Assembly (NCBI GenBank): GCA_963932545.1
Contig: CAWVRH010000010.1
Span: forward strand, 5,587-69,586
Direction of reading: 5' to 3'
Origin: an uncultured Rhodobiaceae bacterium
GTDB taxonomy: Bacteria > Pseudomonadota > Alphaproteobacteria > RS24
DNA: 64,000 bases
The translations under genes and the position numbers were made by a program. The notes beneath the pieces were generated by a model, which was given only the letters and a program-made list of their open reading frames with translations, searched no databases and had not been told where the DNA came from. How positions within the stretch are numbered: position 1 is the stretch's first letter; each line of letters begins with the position of its first letter. Shown here piece after piece: positions 27,904-36,848 of this stretch.

Positions 27904-28050
27904 TTCCGTTTCAATTGTTATTTGACTGTCGGCTTGAAGGCGGTATGAATACAAAAGTGCTTTGCGGTTTACCTCGCGCGTTTGGCACCAAGCGTTCCTG
28001 CCATAAGTTGCGGTGGGCTGTATCCAAAAATAAAAACAAGGATATGGAAT

Positions 28051-29214
28051 ATGAAACGACAATTAAAAATCACGGGTCTAAGTGTTTCTCTCATGGCTTT
28101 GCTGGGCATCTGTGCGCCTGCGGTCGCGAAAGACAAGCCGTCTATCGATGTGACCGTGAGCGGATATTTCACTCAATCATTGAATTTAGTAGATGCGAAG
28201 GAGCCAAAGGGGATGCGCTTAGAAGATGAAGTGCTGGCCCAAAATGGCGAGATTCATTTCAAGGCGAAAACCAAATTGGCCGGCGGAGGCACCATCGGCG
28301 TGCGCGTCGAGTTGGAGGCCGAAGGCAGCTCCGACGATTTGATTGATGAGCATTACCTCTAAATTAAAGATGATTGGGGTAAGGTGATTATCGGCGCGGA
28401 AAACGGTGTCGGCCACCTCATGCAGGTGCGGGCGCCGCGTTTTGTGCCGGGTCTCAAAATGTTCGACAATGGTGTCAACGAGAAGGTCATCGAAGAAACT
28501 TATGACGCGCAGCTAGGCGAAGACGATGTCATTGAAGACGCGCATATGTCGACCAAGCTCGAACATATTTCTGGCGATGCCAATAAGCTCTCTTACCTCA
28601 CGGCCAAAGTAAGCGGATTGCAGATGGCGGTTTCTTATACGCCGAATAACGCCGATCGCAACGGCGGCAAGAACAATGTTGTCAGCAGTGATATTGGTAC
28701 CGCCAAAATTCAAGAAAATATCCTTGAACTGGCTATGCGATATTCTGGGTTCTATCGCGGGGCTGGCTATCGTTTTAGTTATTCGCAAGTCGAGGGAAGT
28801 AGCTTGGGCGAAAACGCAGACCCCAAAAGTGCGAGCACCGGCTTGCAGGTCTATTGGAGCGATTGGGTGTTTGGCGCCAATTTGTCTGAATACAATGACT
28901 TCGATGCGCTAGCTGGCGACAAATATGTCGATAGTGCGCGCATTGAAACGCTCAATCTTGGCGTGAAATATAAGCAAGGGGATAACTATTGGGGCCTTGG
29001 TTTTACCGATAGTGAAGAAATTGATGTGGCCAGCGTTGGCGGTGCCACCGAATATAAGGAAATTATGATCGGCGGTGGCAAGAAGCTGACGGCGGGCGTG
29101 CAGTTTGGCTATTATTATCAAATGACCGAGGTCGATAGGCGCTCGGGCACAGGGACGCCAAAAGAATCTGCAGAGGCGAACATCCTTGGTATGACCTTGG
29201 CCTTAACTTTTTAA
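28051..29214 (+). pseudogene. porin paralogue interrupted by an in-frame TAA (28360-28362)
   Basis: ATG 28051 gives signal peptide MKRQLKITGLSVSLMALLGICAPAVA. Track ORFs 27982-28362 and 28384-29214 are in the same frame. The stop aligns with a Tyr of the upstream paralogue (DEHYVYVSGDFGKVEVGAEN versus DEHYL*IKDDWGKVIIGAEN). Confidence 0.7.
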
Positions 29215-29228
29215 AAAAACCAGAAATA

Positions 29229-29266
29229 GCGGCACCGCCCTCGTCCTTTGGGGGGTGCCGCTTTAT
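29229..29266. terminator. hairpin between convergent genes (possible bidirectional terminator)
   Basis: GCGGCACC...GGTGCCGC with a 17-nt loop. It is flanked by an A-run on one side and TTTATT on the other. Confidence 0.45.
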
Positions 29267-29267
29267 T

Positions 29268-30560
29268 CTAGGCTTCGCTATTGGCTGCCAAATCTCCGCG
29301 CAGGGTGCGTGCCGCCAAAATATAATGCGCGGCTCCCCAAATATTGACGGTCACGACGCTGACCAGCGCATAGCGCAAGCCGTCGACGCCATAAATCGGT
29401 AAGAAATAATCCGACAAAATACCAACCAATTGTGGGCCTAGCCCGAGGCCAATAATATTGATGCAAAATAATAATAAAGCCGCGCCTAGCGCTCGGCTCG
29501 GGCCAGGTAGAAGGCTCTGCGTCATGGCAAAACTAACCGATAGGTAAAAACCGCCAAAGAAGGCGGTGATGGTAAACAGGCCAATCGCTAGTTTCAAATT
29601 GGTTGTGAGGTAGAAAGCAATGGCTATCGGCAGAATGAACAGCTTCACGCCAGCCGTCAGCCAAACGTAATTTCGTTTGTCTTTCTTGCCTAGATAGTCC
29701 GCCAACAGGCCGCCAGAATAGGTGCCAATGCCGCCAACAAGGCCACCGATGAGCGCCAATAAAGTGCCTGTCTCAATTGGAGTTAACCCATGGATGCGAC
29801 GGAAGAAAACGCCGTTCCAATAAAGCGCGCCATAGCCCACAAACACCACCAAGGTGCAGCCAATCACAATGTGGCGCAGGCTGGGTATCGACATCATCAG
29901 TTTGAAGGTGTCCCAAACTTCCGAGAACACGTTGAAGTTTAAAGGTTTGACGGGCTGGCTGCGCGCCGGCTCCTTAACGGTGAAGAACATTAAAAGCCCT
30001 AAAATAACGCCTGGAATGCCGACCACGAAAAACGCCATGCGCCAGCCGTATAATTGGTCAATCACGCCGCCGACCAGAAAGCCAATCAGCACGCCTATAT
30101 TGATCCCCGTGGCATAAATTCCCATTGCGGTGGCGCGGCTTTCGGGCGGAAATAAGTCAGAAATCATCGAGTGGCTGGGCGGGCTAGAGCCAGCCTCGCC
30201 AATGCCTACGCCAATTCGGGCCAAGGCCAGCTGGAAGTAATTGGCGGCCAAGCCACTAAAGGCTGTCATCGCTGACCAGGCAATCACCGAGATGGCGATA
30301 ATATTACGGCGCGAATAGCGGTCGGCCAAAATCGCGATGGGGATGCCTAGCGTGGCGTAAAAAAGCGCAAAAGACAGGCCAATTAAAAAGCCCAATTGCG
30401 TATCGCTCAGCATTAGATCCAGCTTGATACTCTCGGCTAAAATCGAGACAATCTGTCGATCGACATGGCTGGACGCATAGATAAGCACCAGCATAGCCAG
30501 CGTGTAATTGCGAACCGATTTCGGCACAGGGGCCGTTTCTTCCGGTGGTGTTGCGCTCAT
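29268..30560 (-). CDS. MFS transporter (Spinster-like; tentative)
   Basis: 430 aa, 12 predicted TM helices, motif A LADRYSRRN. The N-terminal block YASSHVDRQIVSILAESIKLDLMLSDTQLG resembles Spns-type MFS proteins. Confidence 0.75.
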   Translation of the reverse strand: MSATPPEETAPVPKSVRNYTLAMLVLIYASSHVDRQIVSILAESIKLDLMLSDTQLGFLIGLSFALFYATLGIPIAILADRYSRRNIIAISVIAWSAMTAFSGLAANYFQLALARIGVGIGEAGSSPPSHSMISDLFPPESRATAMGIYATGINIGVLIGFLVGGVIDQLYGWRMAFFVVGIPGVILGLLMFFTVKEPARSQPVKPLNFNVFSEVWDTFKLMMSIPSLRHIVIGCTLVVFVGYGALYWNGVFFRRIHGLTPIETGTLLALIGGLVGGIGTYSGGLLADYLGKKDKRNYVWLTAGVKLFILPIAIAFYLTTNLKLAIGLFTITAFFGGFYLSVSFAMTQSLLPGPSRALGAALLLFCINIIGLGLGPQLVGILSDYFLPIYGVDGLRYALVSVVTVNIWGAAHYILAARTLRGDLAANSEA

Positions 30561-30630
30561 AAGATAGTCTCCCTTTAGACGAAAACCCTAAACAGGAAAA
30601 TGTCATTTGGCGAGGGAAACTAGATAGAAA

Positions 30631-31890
30631 TTAGAAGAAATAAGCCAATCGCAGCCGAATGAAGTCTTCATCGGCATTGGCTTGGGCGAGGGTGTCATTG
30701 TCGCCGACTTTATCTTGAAAGCGGGCTTCGAGAATGGCTTTATAGCTGTGGCCTAACCGGCGCTCGGCTTCTAGCGAGATGCCGCTCGACTTGGTGTCGA
30801 GGTCGATGAACCCGCCCAGTAAAACAGCCGTGGATTGAGTGTCATTGGCGGTCCAACGAAACCCGATGCCAATGTCATTGCCAAAGGCATGAGGGGCATT
30901 TTCCTCGCGCTCGTCCCACATATATTCGGTGACCAGCCCGACATCCGTGCCGCTGTTGAACAGATTATAAAACGTATATTCAAAGCCGCCTGTGGCGCGC
31001 GTCACGTCGACTTCCATAACCGGAGAGGCGAGCGTCACGACAGCGCCGATGAAACGGTTTTGTTTGGCTTGGCTGGCTTCTAATTTCCATAGCCAAGAGC
31101 CTAAAGTGGCCTGCACATCGATGCCGACCTGCGTTTGATAGGCGTAATAGGCTTGCAATTTTGGTAGGCCATTGTTTGCCGAAACCTCGCCCGTCGCGAG
31201 CAATTGTGGGTCTCGTGAGGTGCCTTTAAAGCCAGAGAGGCCGATATCAAAAGCGCCGACACTATGCTTGTAGCGCAGGGCATAATCTTCGGTGCGTCGC
31301 CCTTCGCCGCTCTCAAATAAAGTGGTGTTATCGTCAACGACAAAACCGTAATTGGGTCGCCCCGTTATGGGGTCTGCATATTGGCGAATGCGAAAAAACG
31401 GAAGCGAATAGCCCGTCCATGTGCCAAAGCGCGTGCTATAGGCGAGTTTCACCATCGGCTGGCCCAGCTTGGCCTCGCCATCCGTGCTTTCTACATTATC
31501 GGTCTGATTGACGATGTCGACGAGGTGCAAAAATTCCGTCACCCCCCAAAACTCTTTATCGGCGCCAAGGGTCAGCTCAAACGGCCCGCGCAAATAGCGA
31601 TATTTGGCTTCGCGCAAATCCATATGGCTGCGCTCGTGGTCATGTTGGTCGTAGCGGCCAAAGGGTTTCAAGATAACCGTATGGCGGCCGGAACGTGAAT
31701 AGAGCCCGAGCTCCAATTCACTAGAGATAGACGTGAAATCTTGCTCCCTGTCTTCGCCGCGCCCGACTTTGGGGTAATGTCGGGCTTCTAGCTCGATATT
31801 CCCATCAAAGTCGATATCCATCGCGCCAGCGGAGGGGGCGCTAACCCCCAGAAGAGCCGCCAACACGGGGAGGAAAGGCGCGCGCGACAT
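30631..31890 (-). CDS. outer-membrane beta-barrel protein of unknown family
   Basis: Signal peptide MSRAPFLPVLAALLGVSAPSAGA. Alternating strand pattern. C-terminus LRLAYFF. The start lies 2 nt after the LolA-like gene stop. Confidence 0.6.
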   Translation of the reverse strand: MSRAPFLPVLAALLGVSAPSAGAMDIDFDGNIELEARHYPKVGRGEDREQDFTSISSELELGLYSRSGRHTVILKPFGRYDQHDHERSHMDLREAKYRYLRGPFELTLGADKEFWGVTEFLHLVDIVNQTDNVESTDGEAKLGQPMVKLAYSTRFGTWTGYSLPFFRIRQYADPITGRPNYGFVVDDNTTLFESGEGRRTEDYALRYKHSVGAFDIGLSGFKGTSRDPQLLATGEVSANNGLPKLQAYYAYQTQVGIDVQATLGSWLWKLEASQAKQNRFIGAVVTLASPVMEVDVTRATGGFEYTFYNLFNSGTDVGLVTEYMWDEREENAPHAFGNDIGIGFRWTANDTQSTAVLLGGFIDLDTKSSGISLEAERRLGHSYKAILEARFQDKVGDNDTLAQANADEDFIRLRLAYFF

Positions 31891-31892
31891 GT

Positions 31893-32723
31893 TTAACGGG
31901 CCCGCTTCAAGCTGTCTTGTGTGAAGTCAGCTTTGTTCAGATCGGTCTGGAACTCATATTCATCCCAACGCAGCGTCGTCGTTTTTTTCGTCACATGGTT
32001 TTCCATGTAAAGATTGTGGGCCCGCCAAAATTTGTCGAGATACAATTGATAGTCGCTAAACGTCAGGGTTTTCAGCAGCGAGTCCTTGCGGTCGTAATAG
32101 ACCACTTTGCGGAGCTGATAATCGGTCGTATCGGTATAGCTAATGGTGCGCGTATAGCCCGAGTGCTTATACAAAGGACGCCGCTCGGTAACGTGGCAGG
32201 TCAACTCGCCACAAGCTTCATCGCGCAGCCATTTGTAAGAAAACTTACCGACTTCTTGCGCCGAGAAATCTTCAAACGCAAATTCCGAGCCCATGAAGGG
32301 GCCTGATTTATTGACCGAGCTAATCCGTTTGACGCGTTTGAGTGCAGGTAGGAACATCCATTGCTCATCGGGGTCGAGAATATGCGCATGGGTCAACATA
32401 GCGGTGCCGGACACATCGGCTGGCTCGTTGAAAATCATCATCGACCAATCGCCGTCATTTACGTTTTTATTTTCCAATGTATTGAAGCCTAGGCGGCGCT
32501 CGCTGACATCGCCATTGGCATTGGTCAAAATCATTTCCATTTCGGTTTGCGTATTGTTAAAGCCCAAGTTCATCGCATCGGATTTTTGAGCAATGGCCAA
32601 GCCACGCGCTTCGGGTTGGTTGGGGCTTGGCAATTCAGCTTGCGCGGGCGATGCCAAAAGTAGAGGCGCAAGAGCGGCAAGCGCCAAGGCTGTGGTGCGG
32701 GTGGTTTTGAAAAGGTAGGTCAT
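31893..32723 (-). CDS. LolA-like 'outer membrane lipoprotein-sorting protein' family
   Basis: Signal peptide. The block QWMFLPALKRVKRISSVNKSGPFMGSEFAFEDF is typical of the LolA_like family. Start is ATG 32723 after GGAGAG; an alternative ATG at 32735 overlaps the RND TAA. Confidence 0.7.
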   Translation of the reverse strand: MTYLFKTTRTTALALAALAPLLLASPAQAELPSPNQPEARGLAIAQKSDAMNLGFNNTQTEMEMILTNANGDVSERRLGFNTLENKNVNDGDWSMMIFNEPADVSGTAMLTHAHILDPDEQWMFLPALKRVKRISSVNKSGPFMGSEFAFEDFSAQEVGKFSYKWLRDEACGELTCHVTERRPLYKHSGYTRTISYTDTTDYQLRKVVYYDRKDSLLKTLTFSDYQLYLDKFWRAHNLYMENHVTKKTTTLRWDEYEFQTDLNKADFTQDSLKRAR

Positions 32724-32734
32724 AGGTCTCTCCA

Positions 32735-35086
32735 TTATTTGGCAGGTTGAGCTGCAGATTCCTTGGGGGTGTCCAAAGGCGTATCTGTTTCGCCACGGCT
32801 ATCGAGGGCGATAAGCAGAGGCGGCAGCAGTAAGAAGTCGAGGATGAGGGCCATAAAAATGGTCAAAGCCACAACGCGGCCCAACATCGCATTAATTAAG
32901 AACGGCGATAGCGTGAGCACCATAAAGCCGGCCACGAGAACGAAGGAACAGACCCAAAGGGCTGTGCCGACTGTAGCAAAACTATAGCGCACGGCATTTT
33001 CCGACGTGTAGCCAAGTTCGACGCGGGCATGGCGATATTTACTCAACATATGCACCGTGGCATCGACGATGAGGCCGATGGCGGTGGCGCCCACAAAGGC
33101 TGTCCAAAAACCAACTTCTGTCTGATAGAGAGAGAAGAAGCCCATGGCCACAGCCGGTGGCGCAATGTTCGGGATCAGGCTAATCAGGCCGAGGCGCAGG
33201 CTGCGCAAGGCTAACATGAGGCAACCCGAAATCAACACAAAGGCGATGAGCGTGCCGGTGGTCATGGCATTGAAATTGCGCTCGCCAATATAAGAGAACA
33301 TCACCGATTGACCCGAAGGGTCTACCTGCATGCGCTCGGGGGCATTGGCTTGCAGCCAGTCGAGGCCACGCGCTTGTACGACTTTCATCTCTGCCGTGCT
33401 GAGGTCGGTCATGGTTACGACCAGGCGCGAGGCAGATTTATCGACATTCAATTGGTCGTTCAGGTCGAGCCCATAGGGCAGTGACATTTCGTAGAGCAGC
33501 ACATATTGCGCCGCCATGTCGCGGCTTTCTGGCACCGCATAATACTCTTGATTGTCGCCATTGAACGATCGGTTGATGCGTTTAACGACATCTGAGAAAG
33601 CGGCCACATGTTCGACTTCTGGTTGGGCGCGCATGAAATTAGCAAAATCATTGAGCGTCGTCAGATAGTCAGGGTCGGCCACAGATCCGGCTTCGCCGCC
33701 ACTGAACGAGTAGTTGATAATGTAAATACTGGTCAGATTATCGGCCGCCCAATCCGAGGCTTGGCGGAAATCAATCGACTCGTCGAAATATTCGACAAAG
33801 CGGTCGTTGAAAGTCAGGCGAGGCAATAGAGCTGCGCCAACTAGGCTTAGAGCCAACATGCTCACCAATAGGGGCTTGCGTTTGGCAATCACCATATCGG
33901 CTAGCCAGCTCATCCAACGGCTTTGGCTGTCGACGGCTTGGCTGCTTTTCATCGGCAGAAGCGACAGCATGGCGGGGAAGAGGGTCATCGATAAAATCCA
34001 AGCATAAATGGCGCCAATGCCAGCAAAGGCACCGAGGTCGCGGTAAGGCGGCGCATCGGAGAACTGCAAGCTGAACAGGCCAATGGCCGTGGTCACGGAA
34101 GTGAGGAATACCGGCTGGGCATTAATGCGCAGACTTTCGACAATGGCGGCGCGTTTATCCATGCCACTACCTTGGGAAACCAGCGCGGAAATTAAAATAT
34201 GCACACAGTCAGCCACGGCGACAGTCAGAATAATGGTCGGCGCGCCCGAGGCGGGTGGCGATAGCGGAATGCCTAACCAACCGCCCGTGCCCATGGCCAT
34301 AGCGGTGGATAGGGTAACCGTCACCATGGTGGCCAGCGTGCCGAAGAATTTGCGCGTGGTGACAATTAGCACCACGGCAATCAGCACAAACATAATCGGC
34401 GTGAGGGTTTTCAAATCTTGTTGCGCGGCTTCCGAAAATGAGTTCGACAGCATTTGCGAACCCGTAAGCTCGATGCGAATATTTGGATATTTAGCCCGCA
34501 TGGCCTCATGCAACTCGCGCGCGGCGGTTACAATCGAGGTGGTGGCGGAAATATCATCCTTGGGCGGGCGCAAAGAGACCACGACGGCGGCGGTGCGCTT
34601 GTCGAGCGATAGCAGGCGTCCGGCTAGCAGCGGCTCGTTTAAAATTGTGTCTTCAATATAGGCGATTTTCTTTTTCGAAATATCGGCCGGGTCTTCCAAG
34701 AGCGATCGCACCTCCAAATCATCAAGGCCAATGGCGCGGGTGTTTTGGAAATTCGTCAGGCTATCGACGCGCGTGGAGAAAGGAATTTGCCAGCCCGCCT
34801 CGGTCATTTCAAAGGCTAGCTTTAACCCCTCTGGCGAGGTGGCATGGCTGTCGTCTTTGGGCTGATAGACAAAAAATAAAGTATCTGGACTGGAGTAGGT
34901 GCGCTCCAGCTCCTCAAATGCCGTTAGGTAAGGGTTATCGTTGGAAAAGAAATAACGATAATCATTGGTGAATCGCAAATTCTGTCCGCCTATACTCGCC
35001 ACAACGGCGAGGATAAGGGATAGAAAAATCACCAAAAACGGTCGGCGGGTAACAAAGTCGCCATATTGTTGCATGGTAAACGGCAT
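32735..35086 (-). CDS. RND-superfamily (MMPL/COG1033-type) exporter
   Basis: 783 aa with two 6-TM bundles and two periplasmic domains. Paralogue of 121-2436. Confidence 0.85.
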   Translation of the reverse strand: MPFTMQQYGDFVTRRPFLVIFLSLILAVVASIGGQNLRFTNDYRYFFSNDNPYLTAFEELERTYSSPDTLFFVYQPKDDSHATSPEGLKLAFEMTEAGWQIPFSTRVDSLTNFQNTRAIGLDDLEVRSLLEDPADISKKKIAYIEDTILNEPLLAGRLLSLDKRTAAVVVSLRPPKDDISATTSIVTAARELHEAMRAKYPNIRIELTGSQMLSNSFSEAAQQDLKTLTPIMFVLIAVVLIVTTRKFFGTLATMVTVTLSTAMAMGTGGWLGIPLSPPASGAPTIILTVAVADCVHILISALVSQGSGMDKRAAIVESLRINAQPVFLTSVTTAIGLFSLQFSDAPPYRDLGAFAGIGAIYAWILSMTLFPAMLSLLPMKSSQAVDSQSRWMSWLADMVIAKRKPLLVSMLALSLVGAALLPRLTFNDRFVEYFDESIDFRQASDWAADNLTSIYIINYSFSGGEAGSVADPDYLTTLNDFANFMRAQPEVEHVAAFSDVVKRINRSFNGDNQEYYAVPESRDMAAQYVLLYEMSLPYGLDLNDQLNVDKSASRLVVTMTDLSTAEMKVVQARGLDWLQANAPERMQVDPSGQSVMFSYIGERNFNAMTTGTLIAFVLISGCLMLALRSLRLGLISLIPNIAPPAVAMGFFSLYQTEVGFWTAFVGATAIGLIVDATVHMLSKYRHARVELGYTSENAVRYSFATVGTALWVCSFVLVAGFMVLTLSPFLINAMLGRVVALTIFMALILDFLLLPPLLIALDSRGETDTPLDTPKESAAQPAK

Positions 35087-35136
35087 GAGGTCTCTCCTAT
35101 ATTTTTCCGTAATATAGGCGGTTACTTTTAATTGTC

Positions 35137-35150
35137 AAACTGAACAGTTT
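35137..35150. promoter_or_regulatory. perfect palindrome, candidate TetR operator
   Basis: AAACTG-AA-CAGTTT lies in the 81-bp divergent region between the RND gene and tetR, 18 nt upstream of the tetR ATG. Confidence 0.5.
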
Positions 35151-35167
35151 AGTTTATTAATATAATT

Positions 35168-35827
35168 ATGATAAAACCTACCCCCAGCTCTTCTTGCTCT
35201 CCCGGGCGCGGTCGTCCCAAGGATGTGACGAAGCGAAATGATATTTTGCTTGCAGCCTCTGATTTGTTTTTGCAGCGCGGTTTCCACGGCACGTCTATGG
35301 ATGCGTTGGCGGAGGCGGCTGGGGTTTCTAAGGCGACGGTCTATTCGCATTTTACCGATAAAAACGCTCTGTATCAGGCTTTGATACAAAGCAAAGTTAC
35401 CGATTATCAGCTCGATGATTTATCGCCCCGCTTAAGCTGGGATATGAAGGCAGACCTGACGATGATTGGCACCAATATTCTCGACCTTATTTTCGATGAT
35501 GAGGCTTTGGCTATGCTCCGCATGGTTATCTACGAGGGGCAGAAAGTGCCGGCTCTTGGAGATTTGTTCCGGACGGCGGGGCCGCAAGTGGTGTTTCAGC
35601 AGATCACCGATTATTTTGCGGAACAAAAGCGCCGAGGTGTCACTTATCTAGGAAACCCAGAAGAAGACTGTGGCTTGCACTCTGGCCTTTTGGTCGAGCA
35701 TCGAATGATGATGCAAGTGTTGATTGGTAGCCAAGCCATACCCAATGTGGCAGAGCGGCGATTGCTGGCACAGGCTTCTGCTCGCCGCTTCATCGCGGTG
35801 AAAAAGTCAGAAGCCAGCGCCAGCTAA
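35168..35827 (+). CDS. TetR/AcrR-family transcriptional regulator
   Basis: N-terminal HTH FHGTSMDALAEAAGVSKATVYSHFTDKNALY. Confidence 0.85.
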   Translation: MIKPTPSSSCSPGRGRPKDVTKRNDILLAASDLFLQRGFHGTSMDALAEAAGVSKATVYSHFTDKNALYQALIQSKVTDYQLDDLSPRLSWDMKADLTMIGTNILDLIFDDEALAMLRMVIYEGQKVPALGDLFRTAGPQVVFQQITDYFAEQKRRGVTYLGNPEEDCGLHSGLLVEHRMMMQVLIGSQAIPNVAERRLLAQASARRFIAVKKSEASAS

Positions 35828-35842
35828 TCTATCTTAAGCGTC

Positions 35843-36316
35843 CTAGTCGTTGGCTTCGTCGTGGTGACGGTGGCGCTTCATATGCTCGGCGATATTGCGT
35901 CGCGCTTCGGGCGATAGGCCTTGTGCCATGTCGCGTAAAGCGCCGTGAAAGTTCTCATTCACTTGTGCCGCCGCCTTTTGTGAACGGTCTAGCGAGGCGG
36001 TTATTTTTACCGGATTAGGGGTTTCGACACTCAGACTTTGGCGAAAATCATGGCGCGCTGCACGAACTTCTTTCACCGCATTTCGCAAAGCTGGGCGGCG
36101 TTCGCTGAACACTTGTTTGGCGAGGATTTTATCTTGCCCTTCGAGGTGGCGCAAAAAACGACTTTCGGCGCGATCCAGGCGTTTTTCAATCCAATTGCCA
36201 TCGGCGCGGATATTTTTCCACTTCAGGGCATAAAATCCAGCCCCTCCGATGATGAAACAATTAAGCGCAAGAGAGACGATTAAAGCGGAGTAGATGATTT
36301 TTTTATTTTCTAACAT
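35843..36316 (-). CDS. membrane-anchored periplasmic helical sensor/chaperone (CpxP/Spy/ZraP-CnrX-like)
   Basis: N-terminal TM, an all-helical charged body, and His-rich tail HMKRHRHHDEAND. It is the last gene of the ECF operon. Confidence 0.55.
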   Translation of the reverse strand: MLENKKIIYSALIVSLALNCFIIGGAGFYALKWKNIRADGNWIEKRLDRAESRFLRHLEGQDKILAKQVFSERRPALRNAVKEVRAARHDFRQSLSVETPNPVKITASLDRSQKAAAQVNENFHGALRDMAQGLSPEARRNIAEHMKRHRHHDEAND

Positions 36317-36324
36317 ATTGGCTC

Positions 36325-36846
36325 CTATAGAGGTTCGGTTGGAAGGAAGACGGTTGAAATAATTTCAAGCGAAGCTAGCGGATCGCCAGCCCCTGTAAGG
36401 GTTTCAAAAATCAATGGGCCCACAATAAAGCCGGCCATAAAACAGGCGGCAAGGGCTGTCAGGCTGGCACCAAGCGTCGATCTGTGCCAGTTGGATTGCG
36501 GGCCGGATTGTGGGCTCGGGGCAAGGTTAACAATTTCTGCGAGCTCTACTGTCTCTGCTGGAGCTGCTGGGCGGGCTTTTATTTGTGTTTCTAGGCTGGC
36601 CAGCACGCTTTCCATAAGCTGAGGCGAGGGGGCGGGCAAGCGGGCGTCTAGCCAATCATCGAGGCTTTTTTCGCGAGCAAATAGTGCCGCAGCTTTGGGC
36701 TCTGCCTCTATCAAGCCCTCTAGGGCGGCCTGCGCTTCGGCTGGCCAGTTTTCGGTCTGGCTGCCATAGGCGGTGAGCATCGCTTCAAAAGTTTTCAGGG
36801 GTGTTTGTTTTGGGGGCATTTGATTTGCGGGCATAGGAACACTCAT
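36325..36846 (-). CDS. putative anti-sigma factor (single C-terminal TM)
   Basis: It starts 2 nt after the ECF sigma stop. It has a cytoplasmic N-terminal region, one TM (LTALAACFMAGFIVGPLIF) and a short periplasmic tail. No HxxxCxxC motif. Confidence 0.5.
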   Translation of the reverse strand: MSVPMPANQMPPKQTPLKTFEAMLTAYGSQTENWPAEAQAALEGLIEAEPKAAALFAREKSLDDWLDARLPAPSPQLMESVLASLETQIKARPAAPAETVELAEIVNLAPSPQSGPQSNWHRSTLGASLTALAACFMAGFIVGPLIFETLTGAGDPLASLEIISTVFLPTEPL

Positions 36847-36848
36847 CT

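Noticed and set aside
27982-27999. A sigma-54 promoter (TGGCAC...) in the second porin leader
   Set aside because: TGGCAC is followed after 5 nt by GTTCC rather than TTGC(A/T), so the -12 element is not convincing.
28384-29214. The downstream porin fragment as an independent gene with a GTG start
   Set aside because: It is in the same frame as 28051-28362 and continues the alignment with the paralogue. It lacks its own signal peptide and SD. It is better explained as the distal part of a nonsense-interrupted porin.
26550-35827. A genomic island integrated at tRNA-His (porins, MFS and RND cluster downstream of the tRNA)
   Set aside because: There is no integrase, no excisionase, and no direct repeat of the tRNA 3' end that I could find by eye at any candidate boundary.
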